Shown piece by piece: positions 51,363 to 60,299 of a stretch of 64,000 nucleotides of DNA (positions within the stretch are counted from its first letter, which is position 1; the number at the start of each line of letters is the position of its first letter). Source of the stretch: Candidatus Cloacimonadales bacterium (lineage in GTDB: Bacteria > Cloacimonadota > Cloacimonadia > Cloacimonadales > DAONDQ01); assembly GCA_963662275.1 (NCBI GenBank), contig OY759316.1, positions 2,720,001 to 2,784,000 on the forward strand, in the 5' to 3' direction. The notes beneath the pieces were generated by a model, which saw only the letters and a program-made list of their open reading frames with translations, made no database searches and was not told the origin of the DNA. The position numbers and the translations under genes were made by a program.

Positions 51363-52631
51363 CTAAAACGTATATTGAATATAAGCATTCATTTGATAAA
51401 GATTATCAATATCCTGGTTCCCATTTTTGTAATAATCACCCGGTATCCCGTAGGCAGCCTGGATAACAAAAGATAGTTCCTCAGTAATCGTATTCTTTGC
51501 AGTAACATTGATCTCTGTTCCCATTAAAGTGCTTTTTGCTTCAAGTACGGTCGTACCATCATCAGAAAGATATTTTTTGCTCATCGCTGAAACATAGCCG
51601 ACTGCTCCAATCATTGTAGTAATTTGACTAACCGGGACTTCAGCCGTTCCAACAATAGAGAGGATACCTTGTCCTTCGTTACTGGCTGTAAAGCTTCTCC
51701 AGCCAATGTTAGCATGTTCATGCGATGAACCTCTGCCAAATATTGTCAACCCATTCAAATACCATTCAGAAATGACTTTGAACTCTGTGGTCTTTTTGTC
51801 TTCACTATAATCATTACCGCTGGTCATAAGGAAATCAATACCCAGTTTTGGTTTGATATCAATGGTTCCCTTCGCGGAAAAAGCCCAACCATTATTGGTA
51901 ATACCTGATTTCTCTGTACTGTAATTGTACGCAGCCATCAGATCCAGATTTAATGGATTCAGTTCTAGTGTATAATTAGGCATAAGCCATAGATCAAAAC
52001 GATTTACATGAGGTCCGGTTACATCGTCTCTTTCAGTGAAACGCATCAGATTCTGCATATTGATGAATGGAGTATTGAAATTTACCAGGTAAAGATCATT
52101 GTCTGTATCTGTAGGGGCATCTGTATCCCAATCATGACCTTCCACTAATTTGGCATAACCCAATTCAAGATTTGAATTTTTCGTTATTTGCTTATTCATT
52201 ACAATTGCAGCAAAATCATCATCCCAAACAAGACTATGATCATCTCCCCACCATTGCAGTCCAATCTTCCAATCAGCCTTTGTCATCGGACACTGAAAAT
52301 CAATGTAGGCATCGACAGTCTGAATATTAAATCCCCTGGTATCTATACCGCCACCTTCTGCAGCATTTCCCCATTCTACATAATCAATGTATTTGGGGTT
52401 TCTTGAACCCATTTGTACTTTCCAAACAGCTTTCAGGATATCGCTTGAAGAAAAAACTAACTCCACACCGATCTTGCTGTCTAGATAATGAGTCGTGCGA
52501 CTATTACCCTCAGGTGCAATGTTGTTAAATAATGCTGTCCTGGTTTTAAAAAAACCTGTATAGGTAAAGTCTGTAGCATATAAACTCAGCATACATGCTA
52601 ATACAATTAAGAATAATAACATTTTCTTCAT
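51363..52631 (-). CDS. Putative outer-membrane porin-like protein
   Basis: Signal peptide; DAYIDF, KIGLQ, GTEIN, terminal YIQYTF. Confidence 0.75.
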   Translation of the reverse strand: MKKMLLFLIVLACMLSLYATDFTYTGFFKTRTALFNNIAPEGNSRTTHYLDSKIGVELVFSSSDILKAVWKVQMGSRNPKYIDYVEWGNAAEGGGIDTRGFNIQTVDAYIDFQCPMTKADWKIGLQWWGDDHSLVWDDDFAAIVMNKQITKNSNLELGYAKLVEGHDWDTDAPTDTDNDLYLVNFNTPFINMQNLMRFTERDDVTGPHVNRFDLWLMPNYTLELNPLNLDLMAAYNYSTEKSGITNNGWAFSAKGTIDIKPKLGIDFLMTSGNDYSEDKKTTEFKVISEWYLNGLTIFGRGSSHEHANIGWRSFTASNEGQGILSIVGTAEVPVSQITTMIGAVGYVSAMSKKYLSDDGTTVLEAKSTLMGTEINVTAKNTITEELSFVIQAAYGIPGDYYKNGNQDIDNLYQMNAYIQYTF

Positions 52632-52702
52632 AATCTCTCTCCCTGTAATTCAGTTATTCTTTCTATATGATAAATTTGGACATTATCCCAAATCCAGGAT
52701 GA

Positions 52703-53791
52703 TTAGAATAAATCCATATTGATACCAAGGTCTTTCTGCATAACTTCAATATTCTTACGAAGATTTTCGTTAATGGGAACACCTTCTTTAATTACATTCT
52801 GTTCAGAAATGAATTCTTTTTCTCCGGCAACATAGATCTTATCTCGACCGGGAATTGTCTTGGAATGTTGCAGATGATACATGATATCCCCTGTAGTCTT
52901 CTTGAAATCAGCAATATCCGTAAAGAAATCGATATTAATCGCCAGGAATAGATGACCGAGTTTGTAGGGAGCTGGTTTCCCTTCTTCGTCAGTGCCATGC
53001 AGTTGATGCAGATAGCTGCCATTTTGCAGAGCAGCACAGAGTATCTCCACCATTGCAGACAGCCCATAACCTTTGTGGCTTCCGGAAACTTCATCTGACC
53101 CGCCAATAGGTAATAGTGAAGCTGTCATATCGATCAGATCTTTAAGAAGGATCTTTGTATCCGTACTGGATTTTCCTTCCAAGTCAATTGCCCAACCTTC
53201 AGGAGTGGGTTTATTTTCTCTGTCCAATACTTCGATCTTCCCTCTTTGAGTAATGGAAGTCGCTGCATCATAGAGAAATGGAAAAGGATAATCTGCTGGA
53301 GCTCCAAAACAGATTGGATTTGTTCCTAACAACGGTTCAACACCATTTGTCGGACAAACAGATGGTCTTGCATTTGTAAAGGTCATACCAATCATCTCTT
53401 TTTCTATTGCCATACTGGCATAATATCCACAAATTCCATAATGTGTGGAATTCCGAACAGCAACACATCCTATGCCATACTGAGAAGCTTTTTCGATCGC
53501 TTTCTCCATGGCTCGATATCCTATCACATGTCCCATGCCATGATTACCATCCCATAGCGCTGTTGCTGCCTTATCCCTGATAATATCAATCCTGGTTTGC
53601 GGTGATTGAATCCCTTTTTTAATTCGGTCATAATACATCTTCAAACGACCTACCCCGTGAGATTCTATACCTCTCAGATCAGAAGCGATTAAGATGTCAG
53701 AACAAATAAGAGCTTCATCTTCAGGAACACCTAATTTAATGAAAACTTCCTGCATAAATGAATGGATTTGTTTTACTGGTAAATAATTCAT
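52703..53791 (-). CDS. Ldh_2 family (malate/L-lactate/sulfolactate type) oxidoreductase
   Basis: SDLRGIESHG, VRNSTHYG, LGTNPI, LLPIGG..SHKGYGL. Confidence 0.93.
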   Translation of the reverse strand: MNYLPVKQIHSFMQEVFIKLGVPEDEALICSDILIASDLRGIESHGVGRLKMYYDRIKKGIQSPQTRIDIIRDKAATALWDGNHGMGHVIGYRAMEKAIEKASQYGIGCVAVRNSTHYGICGYYASMAIEKEMIGMTFTNARPSVCPTNGVEPLLGTNPICFGAPADYPFPFLYDAATSITQRGKIEVLDRENKPTPEGWAIDLEGKSSTDTKILLKDLIDMTASLLPIGGSDEVSGSHKGYGLSAMVEILCAALQNGSYLHQLHGTDEEGKPAPYKLGHLFLAINIDFFTDIADFKKTTGDIMYHLQHSKTIPGRDKIYVAGEKEFISEQNVIKEGVPINENLRKNIEVMQKDLGINMDLF

Positions 53792-53855
53792 GATATCTCC
53801 TTTCGGAATAATGGGGATATACGAGCGGAAGGGTGGATTTAAGGCAACAAATTTT

Positions 53856-54064
53856 TAGGTGTTAGTTGCTAGGTGTTAGGTGTTAGGTCAGAAAAGACGG
53901 CTTGCTGAGTGGTTTCGAGCCTATAAAAAATTGCTGGAAGAAAGTGTTAGGTGCTAGGAACCAGTAATCATTACCAAGATGGGAATCCCTTTCCTTCTGC
54001 TCTTCTCTGAACTAAAACCTAGTACCTAGCACCTAACACCTAGCACCTAGCACCTAACACCTAC
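53856..54064. repeat. Inverted heptamer clusters (GTGTTAG/GTGCTAG vs CTAACAC/CTAGCAC)
   Basis: Clusters at about 53856-53890, 53944-53958 and 54012-54064; related cluster at about 62454-62480. Confidence 0.8.
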
Positions 54065-55149
54065 TCCTTCACATAATTCACCACAGGTGTACCCATTGAA
54101 GAGGGTAAGATTCCATTCGGACTATCCCAGATTGACTGAACTTGTTCGGGAGTAAATGTGAAATCATAGAATCCGATTTCATCCATTCTACCTTTGAAAT
54201 AGATATAAGAACCATCATATGAAATTCGTGCTTCAGTGACTGGTTCGGAAGAATTATATATAGGTCCTCCAATTGAACCCGTGTGACTTGCGATCACAAC
54301 TCCATCATAATAGATTTTTACTGTTAAGCCATTGTAGGTAATACACATTAGATGCCAAGTACCTTGAGGTTTTACTTCTGTAGCAGATATTGCTTCAATC
54401 CATTCCAGGTTCTGCGTAAGAATTCCAGCATGAATATGATCACAATATATCCATAAACCATAACTAGGTTTATTCTGATAAGCAGGATTAGATGGTATGG
54501 AAGCTTTCCACAGGAATGGAATCCATCCACTTGGATCTGAATTCCAGTTACCCCAGATCGCCCAGGAAAAATTGACAGGCAAATCTAGAGTTGGGCTGTC
54601 CGGAAAAGTGATATAATCATCGCGTCCATCTATGAAAACAGCGGCATTACTGAGTCCATTACTCTGGAAACGGATACCGTTCAAACCTGTTCCATCATTA
54701 TCATTAGCTGAAGAATCCAGGAAATTATAATCAAAACTCCAATGTGCCAGATTACCTTTACCACCAATGATATTAATACCCTGGATCGCTGCTTTAGAAA
54801 CATGAGTAGCTGTTTTACCGCTGACGGTTGTCCTTGTATAAGCTTTGGCAAGGAAATTACCTGTAGCAGGAACATAAGTATAGCGAATACTGTCTATATA
54901 ACCATAACGATAAAAGAAATTTGAAAAAGACTGCTTTTTTGTAAATCCTGCTACTGCCGGAAAATGTTGTGATTCTGCAAATTTGAGAGCATATCTTAAA
55001 GCATAATTAGATAGATTCTGAGTTTCTTTGGATGATATATCATTCGTGAAAACCTGCGGTAACTTCTTCCCTTCATGATACATGCTCAGAGACATCGCGG
55101 CAAATGCTGTGCCCAATGCAATAATGCCTATTAATAAAAGCCTTCCCAC
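54061..55149 (-). CDS. Membrane-anchored LamG (concanavalin-like) domain protein
   Basis: N-terminal hydrophobic helix; AHWSFD...DSS, WHLMCITYNG..VKIYYDG, YFKGRMDEI. Confidence 0.85.
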   Translation of the reverse strand: MGRLLLIGIIALGTAFAAMSLSMYHEGKKLPQVFTNDISSKETQNLSNYALRYALKFAESQHFPAVAGFTKKQSFSNFFYRYGYIDSIRYTYVPATGNFLAKAYTRTTVSGKTATHVSKAAIQGINIIGGKGNLAHWSFDYNFLDSSANDNDGTGLNGIRFQSNGLSNAAVFIDGRDDYITFPDSPTLDLPVNFSWAIWGNWNSDPSGWIPFLWKASIPSNPAYQNKPSYGLWIYCDHIHAGILTQNLEWIEAISATEVKPQGTWHLMCITYNGLTVKIYYDGVVIASHTGSIGGPIYNSSEPVTEARISYDGSYIYFKGRMDEIGFYDFTFTPEQVQSIWDSPNGILPSSMGTPVVNYVKE

Positions 55150-55909
55150 TTTTCACCTCTTTTTTAATGATCAATCATATCTCTCGAAATTTACATCAAG
55201 ATAACGGATTAACCTATATTAATTTAATGCAATTTGAAAACCAACATATCACATATGTGCTACCCCTATAATATAAGGATTAATGCATGTTTGGAGAATA
55301 GTGAAGATTTTATCTGTCACTGGATCAATATTAAAGTAGGATATTTGTAATTTTTTTATGACGTAAAGGAAGAGATTAGGGATTAGATCTGCTCTATCAA
55401 TTCTGAATTCTTTCTGATCGACCTGGAGTGAACAGATGGTCATTGAGCGAAGTCGAAATGCCTCTGTTAGTATCTTGGAGGCGACCATGGAAGTGCGAAG
55501 CGCGAAGTTCGAAATCCGAAGTTGATGAATAAAAGGAAAATGAATCCTCCGAGTGATTTGCTTCAACTGATTGTATCGAGGAGACTACAAAATTACTGGT
55601 TCTGTTCTATACTCGGTTCATTTTGATACGATTTCTCCTTTTTCGACTCACCCTTTTATCCCTCTCTTGTTCCAAAAGAGGGAAGTTTAATCACTCAATA
55701 AACCGGCTCTGCTATTTATTTATTATTTTTTGATAAGCTTTCATATAAAGTCCGAATCGCCTATTATATAGAGTGAATAGTTAAATCCATACCAGACGAT
55801 TTGGACTCCAAAATCAGCGAATGAAACCACTAACGGTGGTGACTGTCTTCAGCTTGTCGCCTCTGTACGGTAACCTGAAAGATACCACTACCAGCATTCT
55901 CTGCAATTC

Positions 55910-56695
55910 TTAATTAATAACTCTTAAATGCTTCTCTATCAATTCCTTAATTAATTGAGAAGAGAGCGGTGGTCCATTCGAAATCATTTCCTCATCAACA
56001 AAAAGAGCGTCTGACAATCCCCATTCTTCCTTAACCGCTTTTTCTTTAGTATCGTAGATTCTAGTAATGACTTGATCCCCAAACTCCTTAGCTAACGCCA
56101 AAGTCCTTTCATAGTTTACATTTTGGGATGGACACCAGCCATAACTGAAAAGAGAGATGACAACTTTTCCCGTTACTAGTTCTGGTGATTTCTTCTGTCT
56201 TAACCATTTAGGAGAAATTGCATCCTTCGTGAAAGGTTTCCAAACCAATACTGCCATTCCATCTACGTCACATTCCTGGTAACCATACTTTTCGAACCAG
56301 GCAGAATTCATCCAGTAAGGCATTGATAATCCCCATGCAGCTATGCCTTTAGCTCCCAATTGTCCTACATCTTCTTCAGCAGCTCTCAGTAGCTCAGGAC
56401 CCATTCCCTGTCCTTGATGATTACCCCTTCCAGCAGAGTGACCATGAATCCAGATACATAATACAAAATACAAACTTTCACCTTCAATAACTGAATGTTC
56501 TATCGGAATATATTGGATAAAACCTGCGATTACATTCTCATCAGAGATAGCAAGTTTTACTCTCAAACCTTTATTTTTATAAAATTCATACCATTCCTGC
56601 TTCTTCTTACCTGCTTCCTTCATATAATCTGCCCAATCTTCCAGGCAGATGAAATAATCCTGCTCATTTTCCTTGGTCAAATCTATGATCTTCAT
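55910..56695 (-). CDS. GNAT family N-acetyltransferase with C-terminal thioredoxin-like part
   Basis: GFIQYIPIE, CIWI, QGQGMGPELL, WFEKYGY, GWCP. Confidence 0.85.
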   Translation of the reverse strand: MKIIDLTKENEQDYFICLEDWADYMKEAGKKKQEWYEFYKNKGLRVKLAISDENVIAGFIQYIPIEHSVIEGESLYFVLCIWIHGHSAGRGNHQGQGMGPELLRAAEEDVGQLGAKGIAAWGLSMPYWMNSAWFEKYGYQECDVDGMAVLVWKPFTKDAISPKWLRQKKSPELVTGKVVISLFSYGWCPSQNVNYERTLALAKEFGDQVITRIYDTKEKAVKEEWGLSDALFVDEEMISNGPPLSSQLIKELIEKHLRVIN

Positions 56696-57148
56696 ATTTC
56701 CTCCTTTACGAAAGCATTGACTTCAAGTATTTAAATATTTATACTTTTATTTATTGTCAAATGATTCTCTTGGGAGATGCTCGCAATTATCACTATAACA
56801 CATTAGAGAATACCAGTATGTTCTCAAGATGATTTATCACTCAAGAAAGATGTCGATGAACTATTTTCTCCACCAATTGTAATTGACATTTTTGCATTTT
56901 TTATTTGTTGAAGCCTGTCAGATGTATGCGGTTCGCTTCTATATCATTATTATACAATACATCATTTTCTATCAGAAGCTAACCATGAGTGTAGAGCATG
57001 ACTCCGATCATGATGAATCAGCGTGTGGAATAAGATTCCAATCTTATTGAATACCTGACTAAAAGGGCAAGTGGTCTTCATAATCGACATTTTCATCCCC
57101 GGTAGCGAAAGCCTGTTTTCAGGGAAGTTCAAAGCTCGATCTTTCAGG

Positions 57149-57274
57149 AGTAGCTGCCAAATCCTGTATGATTCTCTGCTCTGCCAATCTTAATTTTTAA
57201 ATCTTAAATATCTGCGAAAACCATTGACAACAAGTAACGCTTTTCCATAAATAGATAATATATGGAGGAAAACC
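57149..57274 (+). promoter_or_regulatory. Duplicated promoter/leader (second copy about 60167-60299)
   Basis: TTGACA-17nt-ATAAAT/TAGATAAT and GGAGG RBS, near identical upstream of both paralogs. Confidence 0.7.
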
Positions 57275-59971
57275 ATGGTTAAAAACCTTTTTCTCTTTAT
57301 TTTTATCTATTCTATACTATTGACGTCCTGCATGAAAGAACGGAAGCATACGAATCCGTTCGATCCACTGGTGAATATAACGACCTCCCCTACAGGTTTA
57401 ACCTTGGAACAAACAAGTGTTACTTCGATTAAGTTAAGTTGGAATGATACTTACGATGGAGAGACCGGTTATCGAATTGACCGTAAAGTTGGTAATGGAA
57501 AATGGCAGCAGGAATATGCTGAAGTACTTCATAATACAAAAATATACAATGATACAAGTACTCAACCACTTCAGACATATTATTACAAAGTTTCTGCTCA
57601 GTATGATGCGAATTATTCGTTGCCAATTTCTGGAAACCTGACAACCAATTTCCCAGCACCAAGTAATATTGTTTCTACACAGACTGGAGCTTCCATGATC
57701 AAACTCACTTGGATGGATAACAGCGTTGGAGAAGAAGGATTTGTTATTGATCGGAAGGCAGGAACAGGGGTTTGGGTAATGAATTATGCATCTGTTACTG
57801 CTGATACAACGCAGTATGTAGATAGTTCAATTGCATGGGGAACTCCTTATTATTATCGAGTAAAAGGAAAATCTGGTATAGCTTATTCAGCAGAAATAGA
57901 AACGTCATTAACCCCATCTTTCCCTGCCCCCAATAATTTAGTTCTAACCCAGACTGGAGCTACTTCAATATCTCTTCATTGGCAGGATAACACAACTTGG
58001 GAAGATGCTTACATTATCGACCGGAAAGTAGGAACCGGAAATTGGATATTGAATTATGCTTCTGCCAGTGTTAATGCTATTCATTTAACTGATTCTGCTG
58101 TTTTTCCTGATTCCATGTATACATATCGCATCAAAGCAAAATCAGGAACAGTATTTTCAAACTCTATTGAATCTACTTTAACTCCAATATTTCCTGCTCC
58201 AAGCAACCTGAAAATAACACAAAATGGAGCAACGTCATTACTTCTTCAGTGGCATGACAACAACCCATGGGAAGATAGCTTCATCATTGACCGGAAAGTT
58301 GGCAATGGAGCTTGGTTCATAGATTATTATACAGCAAATGCAAATGTAAACAAATTCACTGATACGGATTTAACTTTGGGAACAACCTATTCATATCGAA
58401 TTAAGGCTCGAACTGGAACAACTATTTCAAACACTATTGAGTCATCTATAACAACTTTATTTCCTGCTCCCAGTAACTTAGTATTAACACAAAATGAAGC
58501 CACGTCTTTGCTAATTCAATGGCAGGATAACAGCCAAGGAGAGGACGGTTTTATAATCGATCGGAAAACAGGCAATGGTAACTGGGTTACTAATTTCAAA
58601 ACGATAAAAGCTAATGCAACCCAATTCACTGATCGTGGATTAACTTTGTGGACAGCTTATACCTATCGTGTTAAAGCTTATGTGGGACAGATAACCAGCA
58701 ACTATTCTGATGAATCCACTTTAGCAATTCTTCCTGTTTCTACACCTACATTCAATCCCATAGGTGGAATATATAATACACCCCAAACGGTTTCAATTTC
58801 ATGCACGACACCAGGGGCTACAATAAGATATACTATAGATGGTAATGACCCTACTTACTCATCTGCGGTTTATGACGTCCCACTCAATATATCAACAACG
58901 ACTACAATAATAAAAGCTAAAGCATTTAAGAACGGTTGGGTAGATAGTCAGACAGCTTCTGCAACATATACTCTTTCAGTAGCTACCCCTACTTTCTATC
59001 CAATTGAAGGTACATATTATTTTACCCAGACTGTTTCAATTTCAAGTGCAACACCAGGAGCAACGATTCGATATACTACTGATGATAGTGAACCTACATC
59101 GGCATCAGCAATATATTCCTCCACCCTTAACATATCTTCTACAACAAAGGTAAAAGCGAAAGCATTCAAAACTGATTGGATAGATAGCCAAACAGTTTCA
59201 GCTACTTATAGAATCTCACCAATTCCTACTAACTTTGTCTTGGTGGAGGGAGGAACTTTCAATAACGGTACATCAGATGTGACTGTCAGTAATTTCTATA
59301 TAGATATGTATGAGCTGACACAATCTGCCTATCAGGCTATAATGGGGAATAATCCTGCTCATAGTTATGGAGTTGGCAGCTCACATCCAGTTTATTTTGT
59401 ATCCTGGTTCAATGCAATAAAGTATTGCAACAAACGCAGCATTGCAGAATGTCTGACCCCCTGCTACAGTTATAGTTCCTTTGGCACTAATCCTGCAGAC
59501 TGGCCTGTTGGATGGGATACAAGTTATGGAGAACATATTTATATAGCTTGCTCTTGGACAGCCGACGGTTATCGTCTTCCCACGGAAGCTGAATGGGAGT
59601 TTGCAGCTCGTGGTGGTAATCAGACACATAATTATACTTATAGCGGTAGTAACAATGTTGGTGAAGTGGCTTGGTATCTTGACAACTCATATTCTTCAAC
59701 TCATCCGGTTGGCTGTTTAACTGCCAATGAACTTGGATTATTTGATATGAGCGGTAATGTCTGGGAGTGGAATTGGGATAAGTATGGTACCTTCCCCAGC
59801 GGAGCGCAGACTAACCCGCATGGAGCTGTTAACGGGTCTTATCGGGTGTTACGCGGTAGTAGTTGGAACTATAATGCCCCCGGCATCGTTCTTTCCTATC
59901 GGAGCTACGGTTATGCAAATGACCCCACCACCAATTATGTTGGGTTCCGCCTTTGTAGGATTATCCCTTGA
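57275..59971 (+). CDS. Lipoprotein: 5 Fn3 + 2 chitobiase-type repeats + SUMF1/FGE (CLec-fold) domain
   Basis: Lipobox LTSC; FPAPSN..W.DN...E..F.IDRK repeats; RLPTEAEWEFAARGG; RGSSW; GFRLCR. Confidence 0.9.
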   Translation: MVKNLFLFIFIYSILLTSCMKERKHTNPFDPLVNITTSPTGLTLEQTSVTSIKLSWNDTYDGETGYRIDRKVGNGKWQQEYAEVLHNTKIYNDTSTQPLQTYYYKVSAQYDANYSLPISGNLTTNFPAPSNIVSTQTGASMIKLTWMDNSVGEEGFVIDRKAGTGVWVMNYASVTADTTQYVDSSIAWGTPYYYRVKGKSGIAYSAEIETSLTPSFPAPNNLVLTQTGATSISLHWQDNTTWEDAYIIDRKVGTGNWILNYASASVNAIHLTDSAVFPDSMYTYRIKAKSGTVFSNSIESTLTPIFPAPSNLKITQNGATSLLLQWHDNNPWEDSFIIDRKVGNGAWFIDYYTANANVNKFTDTDLTLGTTYSYRIKARTGTTISNTIESSITTLFPAPSNLVLTQNEATSLLIQWQDNSQGEDGFIIDRKTGNGNWVTNFKTIKANATQFTDRGLTLWTAYTYRVKAYVGQITSNYSDESTLAILPVSTPTFNPIGGIYNTPQTVSISCTTPGATIRYTIDGNDPTYSSAVYDVPLNISTTTTIIKAKAFKNGWVDSQTASATYTLSVATPTFYPIEGTYYFTQTVSISSATPGATIRYTTDDSEPTSASAIYSSTLNISSTTKVKAKAFKTDWIDSQTVSATYRISPIPTNFVLVEGGTFNNGTSDVTVSNFYIDMYELTQSAYQAIMGNNPAHSYGVGSSHPVYFVSWFNAIKYCNKRSIAECLTPCYSYSSFGTNPADWPVGWDTSYGEHIYIACSWTADGYRLPTEAEWEFAARGGNQTHNYTYSGSNNVGEVAWYLDNSYSSTHPVGCLTANELGLFDMSGNVWEWNWDKYGTFPSGAQTNPHGAVNGSYRVLRGSSWNYNAPGIVLSYRSYGYANDPTTNYVGFRLCRIIP

Positions 59972-60299
59972 GATTTGTGTAAATTTTGTAGCTAGCTTTG
60001 TAAGCTGTTATGTTGTTGGATTTGTAACCATGCAACGGTGGTGATTACTGCAGGAATCGTGGCAGCATCGTTTACGTTGCTTTTCTCCACCAGAGCATTC
60101 AATACCTGAAGGAGTTTCCACACAGCCTAAAGGAGTAACCACCGAAGTTTCCACTCAGCCTGAAAGAGTAGCTGCCAAATCCTGTATGATTCTCTGCTCT
60201 GCCAATCTTCAATCTTAAATTTTAAATCTTAAATATCTGCGAAAACCATTGACAACAAGTAACGCTTTTCCATAAATAGATAATATATGGAGGAAAACC

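Noticed and set aside
55249..55566. 105-aa ORF
   Set aside because: Its 5' half is built from repeat modules (heptamers, TTTCGACTTCGCTCAATGACC); no RBS or recognisable domain
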